From NCBI GenBank assembly GCA_963665845.2, contig OY762492.1, positions 3,328,001 through 3,392,000 of the forward strand: a stretch of DNA of 64,000 nt, written 5' to 3'. The position numbers were made by a program, and so were the translations under genes. How positions within the stretch are numbered: the first letter of the stretch is position 1; each line of letters opens with the position of its first letter. The DNA is from Candidatus Poribacteria bacterium. GTDB lineage: Bacteria; Poribacteria; WGA-4E; GCA-2687025. Positions 28,646 to 38,316 of this stretch are shown here, piece after piece. The notes below the pieces were generated by a model that did not search any database, was not told where the DNA came from, and saw only the letters and a list, made by a program, of their open reading frames with translations.

Positions 28646-29948
28646 ACGCTTCGTCCGTTTTCTCGTTAACGCTAACCAGCAGCGCCATCCCCGCGGCGAA
28701 GAACAGCCCGACGCACAACATGGCGGGGCGGAAACCGAAAAGGTGATTCAAAGCGGCAAAGGCGCCTAACCCCCAGAAGCCGGGAGCCTTGTTGAAGATG
28801 GAGTAGAACCCGTAGAATTCGGCGGCGGATTGTTCAGGGATCATCTGTCCATAGAGGGAGCGGCTCAACGCCTGCGCGCCTCCCAAAACCAGCCCGACTA
28901 GAACCGCCAGGGCGAAAAACTGCGTCTGCGTCTGAATGAAAAACGCGCACACAACGGCGGCGGTCCACCCAAGAAGCGATACGATGACGGTACGCTTCGC
29001 GCCGAGGCGCCCCGCCAACCATCCAAACAGCAACGCCCCGCCAAATGCGATGAACTGAATGATCAGCAGCGTCGTCATCAGCCCCGTCGACTCCATCTCC
29101 AGCTCATTGGTTCCAAACAGCGTCGCCATATGGATCACAACCTGAATGCCGCCGCTGTAGATCATATACGCAATCAGGAAACGCAGGACGGAAGGCATGC
29201 GGGCGATTTTGCGCGCTGTCGTCCATGACCGGCTGAATCCGTAGCCGAGGTACGCCAGCGGCTTCGGCGCGCCGCGGAATCGTTCGGGCAGCGCCTCGGA
29301 GGCGGAGGTCTCCTTCAACAGAAACGCGGTGATCAGCGCAAACCCGCCCCACCAAGCCGCCGTCATGAGCATGCTGACGCGAACGGCGCCGCTCTGGGAA
29401 AGGCCGAACATGTCTCTCCCGACGATGAGAGCGAGGCAGAGCGCAAACTGAATCCCGCCTCCGATATACCCGTATGCGAACCCTTTGCTTGAGACCCAGT
29501 CCTGTTTGCCTTCAGGCGCGATCTGGGGGAGGAAGGCGTCGTAGAACACATTCGCGGCGACGAAGCAAAACTGCGAGACGATATAAAACAGCGCCGTTTG
29601 CCACACATCGCCGTATGCGCATATGCTCAACAGCCCCGCGTTCAAAACGCCCATATAGCAGAAGGAGAGAAGCAGCCGTTTTTTAACGGACGCGAGATCG
29701 GCGGCGGCGCCGAGAGCCGGCGCGGCAATCAACACCAGCAGCGAAGCGAACGCGCCAAACGCCGGCCAGAGCGTCGCCGAGTTGAAGGTCTGCCCAAAGA
29801 GAACGATCCCGTCAGCGGGCATGACGCCTTGTTTGAAGTAGATCGGCAGCAAGCCTGCGACGATGGCGGTCGAATAGGCGGAATTTGCCCAGTCGTACAC
29901 TGACCAGCCGAAGATGACGCGCCTGTTTCCGCGTATGTCGTCCGACAG
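28605..29948 (-). CDS. MFS transporter, UMF1/ATG22-like family (probable CTG start)
   Basis: YDWANSAY, ANVFYDAFLP, VSS.GF..GY.GG, GG.QALSRS, EFYGFY. AAAGGAG lies 6 nt before an in-frame CTG at 29948. Confidence 0.88.
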   Translation of the reverse strand: MSDDIRGNRRVIFGWSVYDWANSAYSTAIVAGLLPIYFKQGVMPADGIVLFGQTFNSATLWPAFGAFASLLVLIAAPALGAAADLASVKKRLLLSFCYMGVLNAGLLSICAYGDVWQTALFYIVSQFCFVAANVFYDAFLPQIAPEGKQDWVSSKGFAYGYIGGGIQFALCLALIVGRDMFGLSQSGAVRVSMLMTAAWWGGFALITAFLLKETSASEALPERFRGAPKPLAYLGYGFSRSWTTARKIARMPSVLRFLIAYMIYSGGIQVVIHMATLFGTNELEMESTGLMTTLLIIQFIAFGGALLFGWLAGRLGAKRTVIVSLLGWTAAVVCAFFIQTQTQFFALAVLVGLVLGGAQALSRSLYGQMIPEQSAAEFYGFYSIFNKAPGFWGLGAFAALNHLFGFRPAMLCVGLFFAAGMALLVSVNEKTDEASAAASDSPLEKGG

Positions 29949-29960
29949 CGTTTTCTCCTT

Positions 29961-30512
29961 TCAAACGGCGAAGCGAAAGCGGTGAAGCGAAGTGTAGCGC
30001 GCTCCGTCGGGGCGCAGCTCGCTCTGAATCAAATGAAACTGATCAACCTGGAACGAAAGGACGGCGTCTTTTGGTTCCGCTGTCGACAGCCAGCCGCGCA
30101 GATCGCTCGGCGGACGCAGACGCGCCAAGGTGATATGCGGCGTGTAAGGGCGCGTTTCGCGGGCGAATCCGATCAGCTCAAGCGCATGCTCAACCTGGGC
30201 GGCGGCTTCAGCGATTTCGTTGAAACCTTGATCAACTCCCCGCCAGACGACGGAGGCGCGCCGCGCGTTCGGAAAACATCCCAGACCGCCGACAGAAAGC
30301 GTGAACGGACGCAGCGCCGACGCGGTTGACTCCAACGCTAAAGCGATCTGTTGTATGTCCGTCTCGGCAACATTGCCCAGAAACTTGAGCGTCAAATGCA
30401 GCTCGCGAGCAAAACGCGCCCCCGGCAGACTCTCCCATGAACGCCGCGATTCAAGCAGCGCCGATTCAACCCGCTCTGGCAGCGTCAACCCGACAAACAA
30501 CCGGCGGCGCAT
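29961..30512 (-). CDS. thpR: RNA 2',3'-cyclic phosphodiesterase
   Basis: RLFVG, HLTLKFLG, PHITLAR (two HxT motifs), S.L.P.GA.Y. Confidence 0.93.
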   Translation of the reverse strand: MRRRLFVGLTLPERVESALLESRRSWESLPGARFARELHLTLKFLGNVAETDIQQIALALESTASALRPFTLSVGGLGCFPNARRASVVWRGVDQGFNEIAEAAAQVEHALELIGFARETRPYTPHITLARLRPPSDLRGWLSTAEPKDAVLSFQVDQFHLIQSELRPDGARYTSLHRFRFAV

Positions 30513-30524
30513 GCCCGACGACGC

Positions 30525-31016
30525 CTACTCTTCCGAATCGTCGGTATCGCCGCCGGAGCCGCAGCAAAGCGACCAGCCCAGCGCGCCCGCCAAGAGCGGA
30601 AAGCCGGCGTCCACGAGGATCCAAATGATCGACGTTGCCGACGGAACCTTAATATCAAAGCTGTCGCTCAACAGATCGAACCAGTTGAAAAAGAACAGAA
30701 TGCCGACAAACAGAAAGCCGTAGAAAACAACGTTCGCGCCAAGATAGCCGACCGTCACAGGGCTGTCCTTTTCAAGACTCGCGCCGCGCTTGCGGCAATG
30801 GCCGTATAAAATGCCTGTCAGTACCGCCGCAGCGGTGATGTAGTTGATCCAGGTCCATTGCGGGCTGTAAGGCGACGGATCGGCTGCGCTTGATGTGTGG
30901 TACAGCGGCTCAATGACGGTATGAACGCCCACGATGAGCGCGGCAGCGATCAAAAAAACGCCGGCGATGCGGTGTATCATCTTTTGCTCCCAAAAGGTTG
31001 CTTCTTCTGTTGGCAC
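30525..31016 (-). CDS. Four-TM hypothetical membrane protein, copy 2
   Basis: Four hydrophobic segments; near-identical paralog at 31255..31743. Start uncertain (GTG 31016 or MIHRIAG). Confidence 0.8.
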   Translation of the reverse strand: MPTEEATFWEQKMIHRIAGVFLIAAALIVGVHTVIEPLYHTSSAADPSPYSPQWTWINYITAAAVLTGILYGHCRKRGASLEKDSPVTVGYLGANVVFYGFLFVGILFFFNWFDLLSDSFDIKVPSATSIIWILVDAGFPLLAGALGWSLCCGSGGDTDDSEE

Positions 31017-31026
31017 ATAACATACG

Positions 31027-31242
31027 TTATCCGCGCGCGTTCGTCAAGTTGCGCAGCTTCGCCCGGTTGTAAAGAAACTCAACGCCAACACAATCTCCGG
31101 CAGGTACGACTCGGCGGCATTGTCCAGAAACTTAAGCGTCAAATGCAGCTCGCGGGCAAACCGCGCCCGGCAGACGCCGCCATGACCGCCGCGATTCAAC
31201 CTGCTCTGGCAGCGTCCATCCGACAAACAACCGGCGCCGCAT
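31027..31242 (-). pseudogene. Chimeric thpR(5')/pgsA(3') remnant left by a tandem duplication
   Basis: 31242 to about 31080 aligns with the first ~60 codons of thpR, with small deletions; about 31090 to 31027 aligns with the last codons of pgsA. Confidence 0.85.
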
Positions 31243-31254
31243 GCCCGAAGACGC

Positions 31255-31743
31255 CTACTCTTCCGAATCGTCAGAACCGCCGGCGGAGCCGCAGCAAAGC
31301 GACCAGCCCAGCGCCCCCGCCAAGAGCGGAAATCCAGCGTCCACGAGGAGCCAAATGGTTGACGTTGCCGACGGAACCTTAATATCAAAGCCGTCGCTCA
31401 ACAGATCAAACCAGTTGAAAAAGAACAGAATGCCGACAAACAGAAAGCCGTAGAAAACGACGTTCGCGGCAAGATAGCCGACCGTGACAGGGCTGTCCTT
31501 TTCAAGACCGGCGGCGCGCTTGCGGCTGTGGCTAAATAAAATGCCTGTCAGGACCGCCGCAGCGGTGATGTAGTCGATCCAGGTCCAGTGAGGGCTGTAA
31601 GGCGACGGATCTGCAGCGCTTGATGTGTGGTACAGCGGCTCAATGACGGTATGAACGCCCACGATGAGCGCGGCAGCGATCAAAAAAACGCCGGCGATGC
31701 GGTGTATCATCTTTTGCTCCCGAAGGGTTTCTTCTGTTGGCAC
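31255..31743 (-). CDS. Four-TM hypothetical membrane protein, copy 1
   Basis: Paralog of 30525..31016 with scattered substitutions. Confidence 0.8.
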   Translation of the reverse strand: MPTEETLREQKMIHRIAGVFLIAAALIVGVHTVIEPLYHTSSAADPSPYSPHWTWIDYITAAAVLTGILFSHSRKRAAGLEKDSPVTVGYLAANVVFYGFLFVGILFFFNWFDLLSDGFDIKVPSATSTIWLLVDAGFPLLAGALGWSLCCGSAGGSDDSEE

Positions 31744-31753
31744 GTAACATACG

Positions 31754-32389
31754 TTATCCGCGCGCGCTCGTCAAGTTGCGCAGCTGCGAGCGGTTGTTGT
31801 AAAGAAACTCAACGCCCGACACAACGGTGAGCGTCATCGGAAACAGCATCATCCAGAAGATGGGACCATGCGTGTCCTGCACGCCGCCGACGCGCAAACC
31901 GGCGCTGTTGACCGCAAGCAGAGCGATGCCGAGCGTCACAACGGCGATCTGCGACGCCGTTTTATACTTGCCCCATTGCGAAGCGCTGATGACCCGCCCG
32001 CCACGCGCGACAAGGGCGGAACGCAGCGCCGTCACCCCGACCTCGCGCAGCGCCATGACCAGAAGCATCCAGAGCGGAATCAGCTCGCCCCAGCGTTCGA
32101 ACGCAAAGAGCGTCCCAAGAATCAGCAGCTTGTCGGCGATCGGATCGGCGAATTTGCCAAAGTCGGTCACGCCGCGCTTGCGCGCAATCCGCCCGTCCAG
32201 ATGGTCAGTCAACGCGGCAATCCCGAACAGTCCCAACGCCCCCAGATAGAACCAGACGGCGCTGCTCTCGGCAGTTTTTGCCCGATCATAACCGCGCATA
32301 AAAAGCATCAGCAGAAACGGAATGATGCATATTCTGAGGATCGTGAGCGCGTTCGCCAGCCCTTTAGGCGTCCAAGTCGGTTTTTTCAT
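31754..32389 (-). CDS. pgsA: CDP-diacylglycerol--glycerol-3-phosphate 3-phosphatidyltransferase
   Basis: NALTILRI, TD.LDG.IARK...TDFGKFADPIADK, RE..VT.LR, GK.KT..Q. Confidence 0.92.
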   Translation of the reverse strand: MKKPTWTPKGLANALTILRICIIPFLLMLFMRGYDRAKTAESSAVWFYLGALGLFGIAALTDHLDGRIARKRGVTDFGKFADPIADKLLILGTLFAFERWGELIPLWMLLVMALREVGVTALRSALVARGGRVISASQWGKYKTASQIAVVTLGIALLAVNSAGLRVGGVQDTHGPIFWMMLFPMTLTVVSGVEFLYNNRSQLRNLTSARG

Positions 32390-32417
32390 TGATGCCTCGC
32401 TTCATTGTGTCCCCACT

Positions 32418-33794
32418 TTATACCGGAACGGCGAGCAGGTCAAACTCGAACGCGTCCACGACGCGCGCATGAACGAACTCCCCGCAGGCAATATCGGCGG
32501 AAGCCCCGCTGTTTTGGATCAGCGTCAGGTCATCGATTTCAGGCGCTTGCGACGCGGAACGCGCCTCAATCAGCGGCGTTCCCGGTCGGCGTCGATCCGC
32601 CAATACTCTAAGCGTGTCGCCGACCCGCTTTAAGCGCATGCGCTTCGCTACTTCATACTGCGTCGCTGTCAGCTCCAGCATCCGCTCCTGCTTCGCCTTC
32701 TCGCTGATCTGATTTGCCCATGTGGAGGAAGGCGTCCCGTCCTCCGGCGAGTACTCAAAGACGCCGCAATGTTCAAATTCAGACTCTACTATAAAATCGA
32801 GCAGTTTGCCAAACGCCTCCTCCGTCTCGCCGGGGAAACCGACAATAAACGAGGTGCGCAGCGCCGCGTCGGGAATGCGGCGCCGAATGCGCTCGATCAA
32901 GCGGCGGATGGACGCCTCGGAGGTTGCCCGCCCCATACGTCTTAATACGGCGTCGTCGATATGCTGAAGCGGTATGTCAAAATAGGCGCACACCTTCTCC
33001 TCCGACGCGGCGGTTTCAATGAGCGCGTCGTCCACGAGCGTCGGGTAAAGATACAGCATGCGTATCCACTCGATGCCGTCCACGCGCGCGAGCGACCGAA
33101 GCAGCTGCGGAAGCCTGCATTCGCCGTAAAGATCGCGCCCGTACCAGGTCGTGTCTTGGGAGATGAGAACCAGCTCCTTGACGCCCCCGATGGCGAGCTG
33201 CCGCGCTTCTTGCACAAGCGTTTCTATGGGGCGCGACACATATTTTCCCCTAAAGGACGGAATCGCGCAGAACGTGCAGCGGTGATCGCACCCTTCGCCG
33301 ATTTTTAAATAGGCGTAATGCATCGGCGTCAGCTGCAGGCGCGGAAACGGCTGCGTGTACTGATACGCCGGATGAGAAACCTTGATAACGCGCCGCTCCT
33401 CGACGCGCGTCTCTTGAATGACGCCGCCGATGTTCATAAACTCGCTTGTGCCGACGAAGGCGTCCGCTTCAGGCATCTCTTCAGAAAGCTCTTGGGCGTA
33501 ACGCTGCGCGAGGCATCCCGCCACAATGAGGCGGCGCGACGAGTCTTCCTCTTTCCAATGACCCGCTTCGATGATCGCGTCTATCGACTCCTCTTTCGCC
33601 TTGTCGATGAAGGCGCATGTGTTGACGACGACCGTATCGGCGGAGGCGGCGTTCTCGGTCAGCTCATACCCGTCCTGTTGAAGAATGCCCATCATCGCTT
33701 CAGAGTCAACCGTGTTTTTTGGACATCCAAGCGTGACGATTTTGACGCGCTCTCTGCTCTTCTTTTTTGCCAAAAGCGGAACCCTTTCTTTCAT
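32418..33794 (-). CDS. rimO: Ribosomal protein S12 methylthiotransferase
   Basis: LGCPKN.VDSE, NTCAFI..AKEESI, GCLAQRY, EGCDHRCTFCAIP, SQAPEID. Confidence 0.96.
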   Translation of the reverse strand: MKERVPLLAKKKSRERVKIVTLGCPKNTVDSEAMMGILQQDGYELTENAASADTVVVNTCAFIDKAKEESIDAIIEAGHWKEEDSSRRLIVAGCLAQRYAQELSEEMPEADAFVGTSEFMNIGGVIQETRVEERRVIKVSHPAYQYTQPFPRLQLTPMHYAYLKIGEGCDHRCTFCAIPSFRGKYVSRPIETLVQEARQLAIGGVKELVLISQDTTWYGRDLYGECRLPQLLRSLARVDGIEWIRMLYLYPTLVDDALIETAASEEKVCAYFDIPLQHIDDAVLRRMGRATSEASIRRLIERIRRRIPDAALRTSFIVGFPGETEEAFGKLLDFIVESEFEHCGVFEYSPEDGTPSSTWANQISEKAKQERMLELTATQYEVAKRMRLKRVGDTLRVLADRRRPGTPLIEARSASQAPEIDDLTLIQNSGASADIACGEFVHARVVDAFEFDLLAVPV

Positions 33795-33807
33795 TTGCGG
33801 CGGAAAA

Positions 33808-35100
33808 CTAGGCGTTCAAATATTGACGGTAGATGTCGACCGTCGCCGCCGCCATCGCCTCGTCGTTGAACCGTTCACGGACCGCTTCGGCGCCTTGCCG
33901 CCCCAGCTGTTCCCGTTCGTCTGGATGGTCGCGCAGATGCGTCAACGCTTCCTCCGCCGCCTCCGCGGAATTCGGCTCAAACAGAATTCCGCCGCCCGCC
34001 GTTTCGATCATCTCCGGGAAGGCGCCGTGTCGGGGAACGGCGGCGGGCGTCCCGTTCGCCATCGCCTCCAGCGCGTACAACCCCTTCGGATCGCGGTAGA
34101 CAGCCGGAACGCACAGCGCATGCGCCGACCGCAGCAGCCGTATTTTTTCGGGGCGGGTCACTTCGCCATGCCACTCAAACGACGCTCTCAACCCCGCGCT
34201 TTCGATCCGCTCAACCTGATTCCGAAAATACGGCTCATCCCGTTTGCCGAGATAACCCGCCGCTTTCAGCTTCAGTTCAGAGCCGCCCAGCTTCGTTGCC
34301 ATCGACAGAAACGCCTCAACCAGCAGATGAAACCCTTTTTCAGGACACATGCGCGCCAGATAAGCGATCGTGAACGGGCCGCTGTCGGACGGCGGCTCCC
34401 CCTCGCCATGCCCCTCCATACGAATACCAAGCGGGACGACATGGAACTTCTCCCGCGGCGCGTTCAGCGACTTGGACATGTAATCGGCGTAATAGTCGCA
34501 CGGCGCGATGAACCCGTCCAGATCCTGCGCCCGCTCCTGAAGAAGCGCGAACGCCTCGTCCCTGTACGGCTCGATCAGATCCTCTAAAAAAATGTCCTCC
34601 CCCTGAACGGCGCACAGAACGGGAACGCCCGTCCTTTCTTTGATGAGCCGCGCAAATCCGACATACATCGAATTCGTCAGTTGAACAATCTCCGGCTTCG
34701 GCTCGATCAGCATCCAGTCGATCAGCTTTTCCAGCTCGGGGCGTTGGACGCCTTCTTCTCCTTTTAAAGTAGAGACGGTCAGCGCGCCCAGCTCCTGCGC
34801 GTTCGTAGAGGTACTGAAACGGGAGATGAAATTCAACAGCGCGGGCGAATCGAGCAGGTTATGGATAAACGCCGGCGCGCGGCGATACAGCCGGCTTTTC
34901 AGACGAAGATAGACGTTCATACCGCCGAAGAAAACGCGGTTGACGCTCACATCCTCCTCGTCGGTGCGTATCGGGGTGTAGGTCGGCATGAGCGTTACCT
35001 CATGCCCCTGACGCATCATGGCGGCGGCAAGCGTGTTGTCATGAATGCAGGAGCCGCACAGCATGCCGGCGGCTCCCGCGGCGATGTAAGCGATCCTCAT
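33808..35100 (-). CDS. Glycosyltransferase family 4
   Basis: GT-B fold: ARMCPEKG, GLYALEAMA.G.P, GAFPE; Cys-containing N-terminus GMLCGSCIHDN. Confidence 0.88.
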   Translation of the reverse strand: MRIAYIAAGAAGMLCGSCIHDNTLAAAMMRQGHEVTLMPTYTPIRTDEEDVSVNRVFFGGMNVYLRLKSRLYRRAPAFIHNLLDSPALLNFISRFSTSTNAQELGALTVSTLKGEEGVQRPELEKLIDWMLIEPKPEIVQLTNSMYVGFARLIKERTGVPVLCAVQGEDIFLEDLIEPYRDEAFALLQERAQDLDGFIAPCDYYADYMSKSLNAPREKFHVVPLGIRMEGHGEGEPPSDSGPFTIAYLARMCPEKGFHLLVEAFLSMATKLGGSELKLKAAGYLGKRDEPYFRNQVERIESAGLRASFEWHGEVTRPEKIRLLRSAHALCVPAVYRDPKGLYALEAMANGTPAAVPRHGAFPEMIETAGGGILFEPNSAEAAEEALTHLRDHPDEREQLGRQGAEAVRERFNDEAMAAATVDIYRQYLNA

Positions 35101-35101
35101 C

Positions 35102-36556
35102 TCACTCCTTCGCTTCGGGGAAGAAACGCGCGAGCCGCTCCTCGCCGGGCGGCTGCGTCAACAGCGAGACGACAATCATCGCCAGCGCCGACGCGGCGAA
35201 CATGGCGGTCACCGGCATGACGCCTGACTCATAGAAGGTGTACTCCTTGCCGCCCTGATAGAAAAACAGGACCAGCCAGGAAGCGATCACCGTCGCGACA
35301 GACGCCAACGCGCCCCATTTGGTGCTGCGTTTCCAGAAGAGAGCCGCGATGACAACTGGGAACAGAGACGCGAACCCTGAAAAGCACCAGATGCCCAACC
35401 CAAAGATGCTGCGCGGCGTGAACTGCGCCAAAAGGAACGTAGCCCCCAGAACGACCGCCAAAAAGACGCGCCCGATCATCACCTGCTGCTTGTCGTCCAT
35501 CTCGCCCTTGCGGTAATGCTTCACGATGTCGTTCGTGAACATGCTGCCGATGGAGAGCGCCTGCGAGTCGAGCGAGGACATGATCGCCGCAAAGACGCCC
35601 GCGCACAGCAGACCCGCCAACACGCCCGGCGTGTACTGATTGATCATCTGTATCAAGACGTAATTGGACTGCGGGCCTTTGAGACCCGCAAAGTCGACCG
35701 TCCCTAAGACGCCCAGCAGGACGCTCGGTATCCACACCGCGGCGATGCAGACAGGGTAGAGCATGAGCGGGCGCTTGAAGGTGGACGCTTTCTCGGCGGT
35801 GAGCCAGTGCATGAACATATGCGGGAACATGCCGACCGAGAGCGGAATGAAGGTGTAGGTGAGAAGGTGAAGCGGCTGGAAGTTGCCCTCCCGCACCAGG
35901 TATTTTTCGTTCACCTTGTTGAGCGCGTCTTGAAGCCCGCCCATGTTTTTCACAATCACATAGACCGTCACGCCGCCCAGTATCATGAAGACGAGCGTTT
36001 GGAAGGCGTTTGCCCATGCGGTTCCGCGCAAACCTCCAAAGCAGACGTAAGCGAAGACGACAGCCGTCACGAGCGCGCCGCCGACCCATTGAGGAACATC
36101 CCCGCCGGTGATGCGGTTGAGCGCGCCGCCGCCGCCCATGACGCCGATGAGCAGATACGGTATCAGAAGGAGAACGACGACGATAAAGAGCAGCAGACCG
36201 ACCATGTCGGAACCCCAGCGGTCGCGCACAAACTGGATCTGCGTCAGGTAGCCATGTTTTTTGCCGAGCGCCCAGACGCGCGTCCCGACAAAGAAAAAGA
36301 CGGCTGGAATGACAATGGCGGAGATGGAGGGCATCAAGGCGAAGACGCCGATACCTTCATGGTACGCCTTGCCGGAGCCGCCGAGAATGGCGAACGCCGT
36401 CATGTTCGTCCCGAAGAGCGACATCAAAAGAAAGAAAGGGCCGATGGTGCGGCTTGCGACGAAGTAATCTTCGCCGGTGCGCCGGAAGAGGCGGTTGCTC
36501 ATGCTCCCAACGAGCAGAACAAGCGCGAGATAGATGATGATAATGGTCAGCGTCAT
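35102..36556 (-). CDS. Sodium:solute symporter family protein
   Basis: DYFVASR, GGLRGTAW, AAIMSSLDSQ; about 13 TM segments. Confidence 0.93.
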   Translation of the reverse strand: MTLTIIIIYLALVLLVGSMSNRLFRRTGEDYFVASRTIGPFFLLMSLFGTNMTAFAILGGSGKAYHEGIGVFALMPSISAIVIPAVFFFVGTRVWALGKKHGYLTQIQFVRDRWGSDMVGLLLFIVVVLLLIPYLLIGVMGGGGALNRITGGDVPQWVGGALVTAVVFAYVCFGGLRGTAWANAFQTLVFMILGGVTVYVIVKNMGGLQDALNKVNEKYLVREGNFQPLHLLTYTFIPLSVGMFPHMFMHWLTAEKASTFKRPLMLYPVCIAAVWIPSVLLGVLGTVDFAGLKGPQSNYVLIQMINQYTPGVLAGLLCAGVFAAIMSSLDSQALSIGSMFTNDIVKHYRKGEMDDKQQVMIGRVFLAVVLGATFLLAQFTPRSIFGLGIWCFSGFASLFPVVIAALFWKRSTKWGALASVATVIASWLVLFFYQGGKEYTFYESGVMPVTAMFAASALAMIVVSLLTQPPGEERLARFFPEAKE

Positions 36557-36768
36557 TCGGGCGCGTCCGTTTCTTCTTCGTCCTCAAGGGACGGGGGCCA
36601 AGCGAATTTGACAAGCAGCGTCATCATGACGGAGCCTGCAACGCAGTAAAGAATGTGGTAGGTGAATCCGATCGGAAGTCCCAGGACGCGCCGCGCGTCG
36701 TCCCAGTACCAGAGGTCGTTGTGAAGCAGGATCAGCGCAGCCAGCGCTAGGTAAAGCAGTATTTTCAT
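36553..36768 (-). CDS. DUF3311-like small membrane protein (SSS partner)
   Basis: Two TMs, LH.D.W.W....VLGLP; overlaps the start of the symporter. Confidence 0.8.
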   Translation of the reverse strand: MKILLYLALAALILLHNDLWYWDDARRVLGLPIGFTYHILYCVAGSVMMTLLVKFAWPPSLEDEEETDAPE

Positions 36769-36831
36769 ATCGCATATCCTCCCGTGCGGAGATATTTATA
36801 CCACAGCGCGCCGAGCGATTCAAGCGGCAAA

Positions 36832-37055
36832 AGCGGTACGCTTATACGGAGGTTTTCATTTTAACCCTAAAAGCGTCTGCGTCGCCGGTCGTCATTCCCG
36901 CGCAAGCGGGAATCCAGAGTCTACCCTTGCGGCTAAAACCCCCAGCCCCCTTTTCAAGGGGGGGAGTCCAGAAACCGCGCCCCAACCGCTGTTATTGGGC
37001 TATTCGTTCCCCGCTTCCGCGAGGACATGCATTCCCGCGCAAGCGGGAATCCAGA
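36832..37055. repeat. Composite repeat cluster: MITE-B end, two ATTCCC-N8-GGGAAT hairpins and a palindrome module
   Basis: AGCGGTACGCTTATACGGAGGTTTTCATTTT, GTCATTCCCGCGCAAGCGGGAATCCAGAG, CCCCCAGCCCCCTTTTCAAGGGGG, then a second ATTCCCGCGCAAGCGGGAATCC. Confidence 0.75.
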
Positions 37056-37139
37056 GTTTTCCCATAGAGCCTTCGCATTCCAAAACAGCGCTCTAAAATC
37101 GAAATCATCGCCTATAGAGACTGCCATATCTGCCGCCCG

Positions 37140-37167
37140 TTGACGGCTGCTCAAAAACGTCTATAAT
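37140..37167 (+). promoter_or_regulatory. Sigma70 promoter for the first WD40 gene
   Basis: TTGACG-16-TATAAT, then AAAGGAG RBS. Confidence 0.6.
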
Positions 37168-37203
37168 CAACATGAAAGCGAAATGCGCAGAAAGGAGTAA
37201 CCC

Positions 37204-38259
37204 ATGAACGCGTATCGAAACCGAGTCGTCATGACGGCGGTCGCGGCGGCGCTGCTCATGGGTAACGCCCGCGCGCATGAAGACGCCGTTTCCTATCCCA
37301 GCGTCATGCTGATTGGACATACCGCGTCCGTTCGGGCGGTTGCGTTCTCGCCGGACGGCAAGACGCTTGCCAGCGGCAGTTTCGACGCGACGATTCGGCT
37401 GCGGGACGTCAGCGCCTATAAAGCGACAGCGTTGAAAGGGCATGAATACGGCGTGTACTGCCTCGCCTATTCGCCGGACGGCAAGAGGCTCGTCAGCGGC
37501 GGCATCGATTCGACGGCGCGCGTCTGGGATCCGAAAACAGGCAAAACCATCCAAACCTACGCGGAGCATCGAAACACGATCATGCGCATTGCGTACTCCC
37601 CTGACGGAAAAAAGATTGTCAGCGGCGATCTTGATGGTACCGTCCATCTTTGGAAGGTCGGCGCGGGAGAGACGATCCATCGCTGGAGCGTTGAAGCGGA
37701 AGACGAGAAGGAAAAGAACAGCTATATCCAAGCGATTGCGTATTCGCCGGACGGCAAAACGATCGCCGCCAGCCGAGGCGTATGGGAATCGGTCATCCTC
37801 CTATGGGATTCAGAGACGGGCGAGTTGAAACGAACCTTCACGGCGCATCGTTCGGACGTCAACGCCGTTCAGTTTTCGCCCGACGGAAAGTTCATCGCCA
37901 GCGCCGGCGGCAACGCCGTTTTGGTCTGGGGCGTCAACACTGATCAGAAGTTCAAGATTCAGGTCAACCCGCAGGACAAGCCTGATCAGAAGTTGAGCGA
38001 TCGGATTTACGCCTTGGCGTATTCGCCGGACGGCAAGACGCTCGCCAGCGGAGGAGCCGACACCATCATACGCCTTTGGGACCTTGAAACAGGGCTTTTG
38101 AAGGCGGAGCTGGAGGGGCATACGGGAACGGTCTATTCGCTCGCGTTCTCGCCGGACGGCAAGACGCTCGCCAGCGGCGCAGGGCAGACGCAATGGAATC
38201 GCCCCAAAGACCATACGGTACGCCTCTGGCGTCTAGACGAAAACGGCGGCGGGAGTTGA
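37204..38259 (+). CDS. Secreted WD40-repeat beta-propeller protein, paralog 1
   Basis: Signal peptide (ARA); seven GH...(F/Y)SPDGK.LASG..D..IRLW repeats. Confidence 0.95.
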   Translation: MNAYRNRVVMTAVAAALLMGNARAHEDAVSYPSVMLIGHTASVRAVAFSPDGKTLASGSFDATIRLRDVSAYKATALKGHEYGVYCLAYSPDGKRLVSGGIDSTARVWDPKTGKTIQTYAEHRNTIMRIAYSPDGKKIVSGDLDGTVHLWKVGAGETIHRWSVEAEDEKEKNSYIQAIAYSPDGKTIAASRGVWESVILLWDSETGELKRTFTAHRSDVNAVQFSPDGKFIASAGGNAVLVWGVNTDQKFKIQVNPQDKPDQKLSDRIYALAYSPDGKTLASGGADTIIRLWDLETGLLKAELEGHTGTVYSLAFSPDGKTLASGAGQTQWNRPKDHTVRLWRLDENGGGS

Positions 38260-38316
38260 CCGACAGACAGCGTATCATCAACATGAGACGTAAGGCGCAG
38301 AGATTAGGAGACATCC

